Assembly (NCBI GenBank): GCA_021839985.1
Contig: JAKBZO010000001.1
Span: 676 to 64,675 of the forward strand
Length of the DNA stretch: 64,000 nt
Source of the DNA: a bacterium
Lineage (GTDB): Bacteria > Patescibacteriota > Minisyncoccia > Phycocordibacterales > SBAW01
Reading direction: 5' to 3'
Numbering within the stretch: the first letter of the stretch is position 1; each line of letters begins with the position of its first letter. Made by a program: the position numbers and the translations under genes. This document shows positions 17,915 through 25,760 of the stretch, one piece after another. The notes under the pieces are model-generated. The model was not told the origin of the DNA. It made no database searches and saw only the letters and a program-made list of their open reading frames with translations.

Positions 17915-18736
17915 TCACTTGATCTCGTACGTCACCGAGACATCAGACGTCACCTTATTCTGCCCGACGGAGATCTGCGGCGCCGCTGCCTTGGCCGACA
18001 TCACGCCCGCCGCTTCAAAGCCGTACACCGGCTGCGGACCATTGTTCTCAGAGAACGCCACGATGCGCACGAGGGACACGCCGAGCGACTTCGCAAGCTC
18101 TTCTGCCTTGGTCTTAGCATCCATGATCGCCTTGTCGCGCGCCGTCGCCTCCACCGCATTCGGATCTTCGACCGTGAACGAAAGCCCGGACACTTCGGTC
18201 GCGCCGCGGGTCCCGATACCGGCAAGCAGATCGCCCGCCTTCGTCGTATCGCGCACTTTCACCTGCGTACTCTGGCGCACTTCGTATCCCTTGAGCACCT
18301 GCTTGCTGGGCGGACAATAGACCACGCCCGAGGAACCATTCGCCGGCGCCACCTGCGGACACACGGCATTCTGGTAGTCATACTGCGGCGCGATCGAGTA
18401 GTCGGTCGTCTTGATATCTTTCTCATCGACACCGGCCTGCGTCAGGTAACCAGTGATATCATTGGCGACCTTGGTCGCATCAGCCTGCGCTTCTGCCACC
18501 GTCGCCTTGTCCGACACGACCGAGAACGAAAACTCCGCGATGTCCGGCGTAGCATACGCGTCGCCTTCTCCCGACACCGTGATCGTATTGGTTGGTGCAA
18601 TACCCGCGCCGATGTAGCGCAAACCCATGAATGCCTGCACCGCTTCAAGGATCAAGAACAACGCGAGTGCTACCAGCACTGCGAACACCGCACCGCGAAC
18701 CTTCGCACCGCATGTCCCCTCAAAAAGTGAGTCCAT
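17915..18736 (-). CDS. SIMPL-domain (DUF541) periplasmic or membrane-anchored protein
   Basis: An N-terminal TM is followed by ITVSGEGDAYATPDIAEFSFSV... and ...VTYEIK, typical of SIMPL/YggE-like proteins. Confidence 0.6.
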   Translation of the reverse strand: MDSLFEGTCGAKVRGAVFAVLVALALFLILEAVQAFMGLRYIGAGIAPTNTITVSGEGDAYATPDIAEFSFSVVSDKATVAEAQADATKVANDITGYLTQAGVDEKDIKTTDYSIAPQYDYQNAVCPQVAPANGSSGVVYCPPSKQVLKGYEVRQSTQVKVRDTTKAGDLLAGIGTRGATEVSGLSFTVEDPNAVEATARDKAIMDAKTKAEELAKSLGVSLVRIVAFSENNGPQPVYGFEAAGVMSAKAAAPQISVGQNKVTSDVSVTYEIK

Positions 18737-18779
18737 ATATTCGTATGATCAGTGATTGGTTAGTGGATTAATGAGAGAC

Positions 18780-19511
18780 CTACTTCTGCTTTGCAAGAAC
18801 CGACTTCACGATCGACTCGACCTGCGCAAGCGGCAGTGCGCCGGAGAACGACGTGCGCGTGCCATCTTTCCCGACAACCACGATGAACGGCGTGCCGTTG
18901 CCGCCCGCACTTACGCCCTCCGCCTCATCGCTGCTGATATGGCTATCGAATTTCTTGGACGAGGTGCAGTCAGCGAATGCTTTCGGGTCAGCGCCGAGCT
19001 GTGCGGCGATCGTCGTGTAGAGCTGCGCGTTCATATCTTTTTGATCGCCGAAGATCGCGTCGGCGAATTTCCAGAACGCATCGTTGCCGAGCTCGCTTGC
19101 GAGACACTCTGCCGCCTCAGCGGCCGGACGCGCTTCCGGGTGAATAGAGTCGAGCGGAAATTCGCGGTAGACCCACGCCACTTGTCCTTGCATATCGGCG
19201 ACCGCCTGCTTGAGCGTCGGATACACCAAGGAGCAATACGGACATTCGAAATCGGAGTACTCGATGATCGTCACCTTCGCATCAAGCGAGCCGACGATGT
19301 GATCTTGTGCGTCCGGTGCGCGCACGCCGGAGAGCGACGCGCCGCCAGCTGCGGCATCAGCCGCTTGTTGCGTCGGCGCTTGCGTAGTGCCGCCGTGGGT
19401 GAGCAGTATGGCGCACGCGATCAACAGAGAGCCGAACATGATGGCGACCGGAAGGGTCAAAATATTCTTCTTTTCCGATTCGATCGGATGTGTGTGGGTA
19501 GACATATGCAC
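18780..19511 (-). CDS. DsbA-like thiol:disulfide oxidoreductase (thioredoxin fold)
   Basis: A signal/TM segment precedes the ...EYSDFECPYCSLVYP... CxxC active site within a DsbA-type fold. Confidence 0.7.
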   Translation of the reverse strand: MHMSTHTHPIESEKKNILTLPVAIMFGSLLIACAILLTHGGTTQAPTQQAADAAAGGASLSGVRAPDAQDHIVGSLDAKVTIIEYSDFECPYCSLVYPTLKQAVADMQGQVAWVYREFPLDSIHPEARPAAEAAECLASELGNDAFWKFADAIFGDQKDMNAQLYTTIAAQLGADPKAFADCTSSKKFDSHISSDEAEGVSAGGNGTPFIVVVGKDGTRTSFSGALPLAQVESIVKSVLAKQK

Positions 19512-19565
19512 CCATGGTATATCCCGCCAAGCCCTCGCACAAGTCTGCTCGACTTTCTGCAGGAT

Positions 19566-21482
19566 CTACAGCTTTCGGTTCCGCAACAATACCGCATTCA
19601 GCGCGACCGCCACGGTGCTGGCGGACATGAAGACCGCTGCCAGAGCCGGCTGCAAAACGATCCCCCGATACGCGAGCACACCGGCCGCAAGCGGGATCGC
19701 GATCACGTTGTATCCGGTCGCCCACGCGAGATTCTGGATCATTTTGCGATACGTGAGCTGCGAGAGTGTGACGACTTTCGCCACGTCTCGAGGGTCGTTG
19801 CGAACCAGGATGATCCCCGCAGATTCGATAGCGACCGTCGTGCCCGCACCGATCGCGATGCCAACATCCGCCTGCGTGAGTGCGGGCGCATCATTGACAC
19901 CATCACCGACCATCGCCACCTTCTTTCCCTGCGTCTGCAGAAGTTTTATCTTCTGTGCTTTTTCCTCCGGTTGCACTCGAGCGAAATAGTCGGTGATGCC
20001 GAGCTGCTTCGCGACGCTCGCGGCGACCTCGTGCGAATCTCCCGTGATCATCACCACGCCGATCCCGCGCCGCTTCAGAGAGTCGATCGCTTCTTTGGCT
20101 TCCGCGCGGACCCGATCGGCCACGGTGATGCTTCCGATGGCACGGCCATCTGCTTCGACCACCACATCATCGCCGCCGCGTTGGCCGACGAAGATCATCT
20201 TTCCTCCGACCGTCGCCTGCGCGCCGACGCCTCCGACGCGCTCGAAGTCTCGAGCTTCCAGAATAGTGGGGCCGCGTTTCTCTGCCTCCGCGATGATCGC
20301 TTTTGCGATCGGGTGTTCGGAGTGAGTCTCAACAGCAGCCGCAAGCATGAGCGCTTCATCCGAACTCGAAGTCGTGACGGCAAACTCTCCTTCGGTGAGC
20401 GTCCCTGTTTTATCAAAGACGACCGTATCGATCGTGCGCGCCTGCTCAAGCGCCCGACGCTCACGGATAAGAAAACCTTCCTGGGCGGCCATTGCAGTGG
20501 AGATCGCGACCACCAGCGGGATCGCGAGGCCGAGCGCGTGCGGACAGGTGATGACAAGCACCGACACCAAGCGTTCGGTTGCGGCACCGACCCCAGCAGC
20601 CAACGTCCAGGCAACAAACGTTATGACCCCCACCCCGATGGCAATAAGTGTCAGATAAAACGCTGCCTTGTCGGAAAGCATTTGCAGCCGCGACTTCGAC
20701 GCCTGCGCATCAGCGACCAGTCGCATGACGCCGGCAAGAAATGTTCCTTCGCCGACGTCGGTGACCCGCACAGTCAAACTTCCATTGCCATTGAGAGAGC
20801 CTGCAATAACCTTCATGCCTGCCGACTTGGGAACCGGCCGTGACTCGCCGGTAATGATCGATTCGTTCAACTCCGAGGAGCCTTCGATGATCGCACTGTC
20901 GGCCGGGACCTGTGCGCCCGGCCTCACCAGGACGATGTCTCCGACCTTAAGGTCGCCACGTGAGATGGTCTGCGCCACTCCATTCTTGATCACCTCAGCC
21001 CGGTCCGGCAGAAGTTTGGCCAGTTCCCGGAGCGCGCCTTGTGCGCCTTCAACCGAGCGCATTTCGATCCAGTGCCCGAGCAGCATAATGGCGATAAGCG
21101 AGGCGAGTTCAAACAAAAGATCATGCCCCGTTCCGAGGATGACCGAGACGAAACTGTAGGTATAGGCCGCCGTGATCGCGAGCGCGATGAGCGTCATCAT
21201 GCCCGGCTGCCGGTCTCGGAGCTCGGTGTACGCACCTCTCAGAAATATTGAGCCGCAATAGAAAAATGCCGCCGAGCCTAAGATGAGATCAAGGCAGTAT
21301 GACCCGGTGAATTGAGGTCCTTGAATGCCGAAGACGGACCGCGCCATTTCGGAGTAGAAAAATATCGGCACGCACAGAGCGACTGCGATCCAGAATTTTC
21401 TCAAGAGAGCCTCCGTATGATGACCTGCACGCTTGGCATGATTGCCATGGTCCATGTCCATATCCAAAGTATATCCCCACAT
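19566..21482 (-). CDS. Heavy-metal-translocating P1B-type ATPase
   Basis: A His-rich N-terminus ([17 protein letters not shown]), the CPH(A) motif in TM6 ([12 protein letters not shown]), DKTGTLT and [12 protein letters not shown]. Confidence 0.85.
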   Translation of the reverse strand: MWGYTLDMDMDHGNHAKRAGHHTEALLRKFWIAVALCVPIFFYSEMARSVFGIQGPQFTGSYCLDLILGSAAFFYCGSIFLRGAYTELRDRQPGMMTLIALAITAAYTYSFVSVILGTGHDLLFELASLIAIMLLGHWIEMRSVEGAQGALRELAKLLPDRAEVIKNGVAQTISRGDLKVGDIVLVRPGAQVPADSAIIEGSSELNESIITGESRPVPKSAGMKVIAGSLNGNGSLTVRVTDVGEGTFLAGVMRLVADAQASKSRLQMLSDKAAFYLTLIAIGVGVITFVAWTLAAGVGAATERLVSVLVITCPHALGLAIPLVVAISTAMAAQEGFLIRERRALEQARTIDTVVFDKTGTLTEGEFAVTTSSSDEALMLAAAVETHSEHPIAKAIIAEAEKRGPTILEARDFERVGGVGAQATVGGKMIFVGQRGGDDVVVEADGRAIGSITVADRVRAEAKEAIDSLKRRGIGVVMITGDSHEVAASVAKQLGITDYFARVQPEEKAQKIKLLQTQGKKVAMVGDGVNDAPALTQADVGIAIGAGTTVAIESAGIILVRNDPRDVAKVVTLSQLTYRKMIQNLAWATGYNVIAIPLAAGVLAYRGIVLQPALAAVFMSASTVAVALNAVLLRNRKL

Positions 21483-21539
21483 TTCGACGCAAGACTACCG
21501 AGAATCGGTCACGAGTTTCTAAGCATCCACCTCGCTCCA

Positions 21540-22253
21540 CTTGGCTAGCAACCTAAATTCTTTAAATCAGATACAATTAAAATATGTTTAAGAAAATATT
21601 CCTTTGGGCTTTTGATCTATACAAAAAACACAACATGGAACAGTACTACCTCCAAGGCAAAGCTTGGGGGCGTAAGGACCATAACGAGGATATTGTTCGG
21701 GCAATGGACCTGGTCTCTGACCGGCATTACAGACGATGTCTGGATGTAGGCGCCGGGTTGGGACACTACAGCGAGTATGCAGCAAAAATATGCGATGAGG
21801 TGGTTGCGACGGATATTTCAAGCGTAGCGATAGGATGGGCACAAAACCGTCTCCGCCACTTTAAAAACATACGATTTGAAGTAAAAAATCTTAGAGACGC
21901 TAGTGCTTCATGGGGGGGGTTCGATCTTATAATTTTAGCTGAAGTTCTCTATTATCTCGGCGACGAGCGATTCCCGGTTGACTTCAAGAAATTGCTTCGA
22001 CGGATAACCGATCTGGTACAAGAGAAAGGCCGCATTTTGCTCGTCAATTACGTATCGCCGGGACGGAATGAAGAACAACTCCGATCGTACGTAAATGATT
22101 TTGTCAAAATGGGCCTTTCTCTTGAAAAGAACGAGACGATCAAGGTTGGCCAAAAAACATTTCTTGCCGCAGTGTTGCGGAAATAATGTTATTCGCCGAC
22201 CTCGAACAGATTATATTAATGATCACTTTGGGGCGACTACAGGGATCGGTCAC
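21540..22253. mobile_element. AT-rich islet carrying the methyltransferase gene, bounded by atcggtcac repeats and ending at a degenerate copy of the tRNA-His 3' end
   Basis: atcggtcac occurs at 21505-21513 and 22245-22253. The sequence tggggcgactacaggga at 22229-22245 copies the tRNA-His 3' end at 22438-22455 (16 of 17 nt). Confidence 0.35.
21584..22186 (+). CDS. Class I SAM-dependent methyltransferase, located in an AT-rich islet
   Basis: The motif I LDVGAGLGHYS sits within a Rossmann fold. Local composition is markedly AT-richer than the flanking sequence. Confidence 0.6.
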   Translation: MFKKIFLWAFDLYKKHNMEQYYLQGKAWGRKDHNEDIVRAMDLVSDRHYRRCLDVGAGLGHYSEYAAKICDEVVATDISSVAIGWAQNRLRHFKNIRFEVKNLRDASASWGGFDLIILAEVLYYLGDERFPVDFKKLLRRITDLVQEKGRILLVNYVSPGRNEEQLRSYVNDFVKMGLSLEKNETIKVGQKTFLAAVLRK

Positions 22254-22437
22254 TCTCGTGGGTTTTTGCTTTGCTCTGCGAGCTCACAAAAACCTCACTC
22301 GCTCGACCCCCACCCGCCGCCTCCGCTCATTCGCTTCGCTCATGAACGGGCTTCGCGGCGGCTTGGTTCGATTCCCTGTAGTCGGCCCAGGAATATATCC
22401 TCGGCGCTCCGCACCTACGTCTTATTCTGGGCGACTA

Positions 22438-22512
22438 CAGGGAATCGAACCCTGATTGCGAGTTCCACAAACTCGAGTGTTAACCGTTACACCATAGTCG
22501 CCATACTACACA
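22438..22512 (-). tRNA. tRNA-His (anticodon GTG) with G-1
   Basis: The reverse complement folds as a cloverleaf with the anticodon loop tt-GTG-ga and the T-loop ggttcgattcc. The 3' end is ...tagtcgccca. Confidence 0.8.
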
Positions 22513-22518
22513 GGAAGC

Positions 22519-22555
22519 CGGAAGCCTCGTGCTTCCGGCTTCCTGTGTCTTGTGC
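22519..22555. terminator. Hairpin between tRNA-Leu and tRNA-His
   Basis: acaggaagccggaagcctcgtgcttccggcttcctgt is a perfect 15-bp stem. Confidence 0.45.
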
Positions 22556-22563
22556 CCAGGAGA

Positions 22564-22647
22564 GGATTCGAACCTCCATAGGATTGCTCCCGCTACCACC
22601 TCAAGGTAGTGCGTCTAGCCAATTTCGCCACCTGGGCAACTGTTGTT
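22564..22647 (-). tRNA. tRNA-Leu (anticodon GAG), long variable arm
   Basis: The reverse complement reads gcccaggtggcgaaattggctagacgcactacc-ttGAGgt-ggtagcgggagcaatcctatggaggttcgaatcctctcctgggca. Confidence 0.8.
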
Positions 22648-23367
22648 CAAACCTGCCATCCTCAAGACACGGTCGACCTTCATTCGCTTACGTGACAGGC
22701 AGATAGCACTATTACCATAATATATTGAGGGCAATAACTCAAGGGATTCATGCTTCGCGTATTTCAACTGAAAGACCGTCCTATTTGCATTTTGTGTAAT
22801 ATGGCCATTAATGCCTAGTCGGCGCTTGATCTCCGTTCTTAGCCAGGAGATATGCTTTTTACTTGCGGAGGCAAAAACTGTATAGAACATAAAACTAGCT
22901 TCCCATCGCGAATCCATGTATGAGTAAAAACTGCCATCCCCGTCGAATGACCCTCGCAAGAAATCAAAGAAATATCTGTTGGGAATCTTTACTGCGCCAA
23001 TGGTCTTCGACTTTGCACCAGATATGCCGATTGAACATAAAAAATTATGGAACAAGGTATCGCTGAACTGAACGTGTCCGCACAGGTCGCCATTCCCATT
23101 GCTTTTGGTGCTTAACTTTACTTGTATATTCAGGCAGCGGCAAAAATTATCAAGCTGTTCTTCATCTTTTGAAGTCAATGTTACATGCCGGCCATCGACA
23201 GACACATAACCGTCTGTTGCCAACAACCCAAGAGCGTAGGCAAAATTAGCAGACCACTTGATCTCCACTTTTCCTTTCGGTTTCGGACCACGCTTCCCTA
23301 TAAACAAATAGTAGCACGGCTCAAGGTAATAGCGTCTACCAATTTGTGGTATTAAAAAGACCGGCAT
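22615..23367 (-). CDS. LAGLIDADG homing endonuclease (double-motif, free-standing) in an AT-rich islet
   Basis: Two LAGLIDADG motifs are present: FAYALGLLATDGYV and FLRGSFDGDGSF. The ORF's last ~33 nt overlap the 5' part of tRNA-Leu. Low GC. Confidence 0.75.
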   Translation of the reverse strand: MPVFLIPQIGRRYYLEPCYYLFIGKRGPKPKGKVEIKWSANFAYALGLLATDGYVSVDGRHVTLTSKDEEQLDNFCRCLNIQVKLSTKSNGNGDLCGHVQFSDTLFHNFLCSIGISGAKSKTIGAVKIPNRYFFDFLRGSFDGDGSFYSYMDSRWEASFMFYTVFASASKKHISWLRTEIKRRLGINGHITQNANRTVFQLKYAKHESLELLPSIYYGNSAICLSRKRMKVDRVLRMAGLNNSCPGGEIG

Positions 23368-23381
23368 GTGCCGGTCTTTTT
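23355..23381. terminator. Intrinsic terminator downstream of rplS
   Basis: aaaagaccggcatgtgccggtcttttt is a hairpin with flanking A/T runs. Confidence 0.6.
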
Positions 23382-23400
23382 GTTGTAGTTGTGTTTGAAA

Positions 23401-23850
23401 TTATTCCTGCGCTGCCGTTTCTGCGACCGCCTCCGGTGCGGATACTTCCGCGACCTCTGCCGCTTCTTCGCTTGCGGTTGCCGAAGGAGAGAAAGCGCGT
23501 GCGCGGCGCATCTGGCGCTTCACGTCGCGCGCTGCTTTGGTGCGGATGAAATAGAGCTTCGCGCGGCGAACACGAGCGCGCTTGAGGATCTCGACCGAGT
23601 CGATGACCGGCGAGTAGAGCGGGAAGACCTTCTCGACGCCAACGCCGCTTGCCACCTTGCGCACCGTGAAGGTAGCGCCGGCTTCAGTGCCATGCTTGAC
23701 CGCGAGCACCAAACCTTCGAACGCCTGCTTGCGCGTCTTGCCTTTTTCGACGATCTTCTGCCACACGCGGACCGTATCGCCAGCGGCAATGCCGAGCGCC
23801 TGGCGCTCTTTCATGTCGACCGGTGAGATCTTTATTGCACTTTTTTGCAT
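23401..23850 (-). CDS. rplS: 50S ribosomal protein L19 with an Ala/Glu-rich C-terminal tail
   Basis: MQKSAIKISPVDMKERQALGIAAGDTVRVWQKIVEKGKTRKQAFEGLVLAVKHG... The start is at the internal Met (23850), and the ORF table's upstream extension is not coding. Confidence 0.85.
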   Translation of the reverse strand: MQKSAIKISPVDMKERQALGIAAGDTVRVWQKIVEKGKTRKQAFEGLVLAVKHGTEAGATFTVRKVASGVGVEKVFPLYSPVIDSVEILKRARVRRAKLYFIRTKAARDVKRQMRRARAFSPSATASEEAAEVAEVSAPEAVAETAAQE

Positions 23851-23935
23851 GATCGTGAGTATAGCACGGAAGCCTCGATTTGCAAATTGTTGCTTACGGG
23901 TGTCCGTCCAACCACCGTTCCCTAACGGCCAACTC

Positions 23936-23958
23936 ACCCCAGAGGGTTCCCCTCTGGG
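23936..23958. repeat. Palindrome ccccagagggttcccctctgggg, related to the folA insertion
   Basis: It shares the core agagggttcccctctg with 16017-16065. It sits just upstream of rplS. Confidence 0.55.
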
Positions 23959-24054
23959 GGCTACTATAACAAAAGGGTCCTTTTCCACTCCGCAAAAATT
24001 CTTGCAAAGTTTCAAAGGACCCAAGGTTCAAAATCGAACCAAAGTGTTGAAGGA

Positions 24055-24672
24055 TCAGCGAGAAACCACCTGGTCGTCGGCATCCCACCTGTCCGGGAGC
24101 GTCACCGAGTCGGCTTCGACGTACCAGCCGCTGTCGTCGGCGCCCCAGTACGCGTGCACGGCCCAGACGGTTCCCTTTGCATCGGCGATGTAGAAGATGA
24201 ACCACTTGGAGTGGTAGGCGGTCTTCAAGAATTCGAAGACATGCGCGAAGTACACGCGGGCTCTTTTCACCTTCGGGAAGTCCTTGTCGCCGAGCGCCAC
24301 GAGGATGTTCTCGTCCGACGATGAGTTAAGCAGTTTGCGCTGCTTCACTGTCATGGCGGGGACATTCTCTTCGATGAGGTCGCCGAAGTTTGCCATAAGG
24401 TTTTCGCCGAGGTTCCAGATCGGCAGCTCGCCGTTCACGTCCACCTTGAGCTTGTCGCGAGCAACGAAGCGTTTGACGGACGAGAATCTGATCGGCTCGC
24501 CTACTTCTTCGAGGAGACCCGCGAGGATCTTCTTGCTCGCCACCGACTCGACTTTCAATGTTTTCTCCCCACGCAAAATCGCGCGGGCTCCTTCTGCGCC
24601 GCCAACCATCTTGATGATGGCGTTAGTTTCGCCGCCCGTAAGGTCGGCCATTGCGAAACGATCATGAGACAT
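24055..24672 (-). CDS. Hypothetical protein
   Basis: A 205-aa ORF with no recognised motifs. Confidence 0.45.
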   Translation of the reverse strand: MSHDRFAMADLTGGETNAIIKMVGGAEGARAILRGEKTLKVESVASKKILAGLLEEVGEPIRFSSVKRFVARDKLKVDVNGELPIWNLGENLMANFGDLIEENVPAMTVKQRKLLNSSSDENILVALGDKDFPKVKRARVYFAHVFEFLKTAYHSKWFIFYIADAKGTVWAVHAYWGADDSGWYVEADSVTLPDRWDADDQVVSR

Positions 24673-24741
24673 AGTGCTCTCCTTTGGGCTTAGTTGCCCT
24701 TCAGATGTTTCCTCTCACCCGAGGCAGGCGCTATCGCGTGT

Positions 24742-24799
24742 CATTCGCCACAGCAGAGAATGGCCTAATGAATAAGCCGTTTTCTGCTGTGGCGAATGC
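24742..24799. promoter_or_regulatory. 15-bp perfect inverted repeat (cattcgccacagcag ... ctgctgtggcgaatg) with a 27-nt loop, between the RluA-family gene and the 24055-24672 gene
   Basis: A perfect inverted repeat with no U-tract after it; an operator-like or RNA stem-loop. Confidence 0.3.
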
Positions 24800-24849
24800 T
24801 GATCCGCTATCAAAGAACGATTAACGCAATTGAAGCATGTTTATATAGT

Positions 24850-25599
24850 TTAGTCAAGTTTTTGTTCTGCGTCATGTATCTGTCGCTCTGCTTCCTGGAA
24901 ATCAGCTGGGAGCTGGGCTTCAAAAGACACCTGCTGACCGGTTGTCGGGTGAATAAAGGTGAGCGAGAGTGCGTGGAGCGCCAGGCGGTCGAAACCGAAA
25001 AGTGATTGTTTGCCGCGGCCGTAGAGCGGATCGCAGACGATCGGATGCTGGATGGCAGAGAGATGCACGCGGATCTGATGCGTGCGGCCGGTCGTCGGAA
25101 AGACCTCAAGATAGCTGGCGCCATCATTGCCCTTCCCCCATCGCGCCATCGTGCGGAATGTCGTCTGCGCTTCGCGAAGCGCGCCGTGGGTATCACGCAC
25201 GCCGCGGTGCGAGCCTGAACCGCGCGTGCGGCCGATCGGTTTGTTGATGATGCCGCGATCGTCCGCGATCACACCGTAGACGAACGCGCGATAAATTTTA
25301 CGTACTTCGTGTTCTGAAAACTGTCCGCGCAAACTCTCAAATGCTTCATGCGTCAGTGCCGCGACCATGATGCCGGAGGTGTCGCGGTCCAATCGATGCA
25401 CAATGCCGGGGCGGATCACTTCCGTGCCATCACCCTGCACTTCTTTCTCCCCCACCTCAGCGATCTGCGGAAACTTCTGCACGAGCCACGCCGCGAGCGT
25501 TCCTTCGTGCGGCACATGAGCCGCCGCATGCACCGGCATGCCAGTCGGTTTGTTGATGACGATGATCTGGTCGTCTTGGTAGAGAATAGTTGGTTCCAT
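24850..25599 (-). CDS. RluA-family 23S rRNA/tRNA pseudouridine synthase
   Basis: The catalytic motif HRLDRDTSGIMV and the RluA-family core are present. The likely start is MEPTILYQDD at 25599. Confidence 0.8.
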   Translation of the reverse strand: MEPTILYQDDQIIVINKPTGMPVHAAAHVPHEGTLAAWLVQKFPQIAEVGEKEVQGDGTEVIRPGIVHRLDRDTSGIMVAALTHEAFESLRGQFSEHEVRKIYRAFVYGVIADDRGIINKPIGRTRGSGSHRGVRDTHGALREAQTTFRTMARWGKGNDGASYLEVFPTTGRTHQIRVHLSAIQHPIVCDPLYGRGKQSLFGFDRLALHALSLTFIHPTTGQQVSFEAQLPADFQEAERQIHDAEQKLD

Positions 25600-25760
25600 G
25601 GTGCCATTGTCGCTAAAGAAACGAATTGCGCAAGCCCTCGCAAGATCTTGGATGCAGCACGAGGCGCGCAAGCAAGGCGGCGCGAGGCGTACTTGCTTGG
25701 TACGGTGAGTGCCGTTTTGCGAAGCGCAACGCAGTGATGCGCCAAGATCTTGCGAGAGCC

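Noticed and set aside
17660-17915. Expected tRNA-Trp upstream of secE
   Set aside because: No T-loop (ggttcgaat/ttcgatt-type) or cloverleaf was found. Only two hairpins are present, so no tRNA was called.
18756-20843. 695-aa plus-strand ORF, and similar long ORFs at 3851-6424 (+), 40757-41881 (+), 44164-44691 (+), 52383-53519 (+), 13473-14285 (+) and 15105-15803 (+)
   Set aside because: All are antisense to well-supported genes (P-type ATPase, ileS, polA, tsaE, dapD, thyA, CYTH). Their translations are Arg/Ala/His-rich nonsense typical of stop-codon-poor antisense frames in GC-rich DNA, and no motifs were found.
22231-22410. Plus-strand tRNA with a ~120-nt intron (5' gggcgacta ... 3' ggttcgattccctgtagtcggccc)
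   Set aside because: The putative T-stem (cttgg / ccctg) and D and anticodon arms do not pair. The ends are better explained as copies of the adjacent tRNA-His 3' end.
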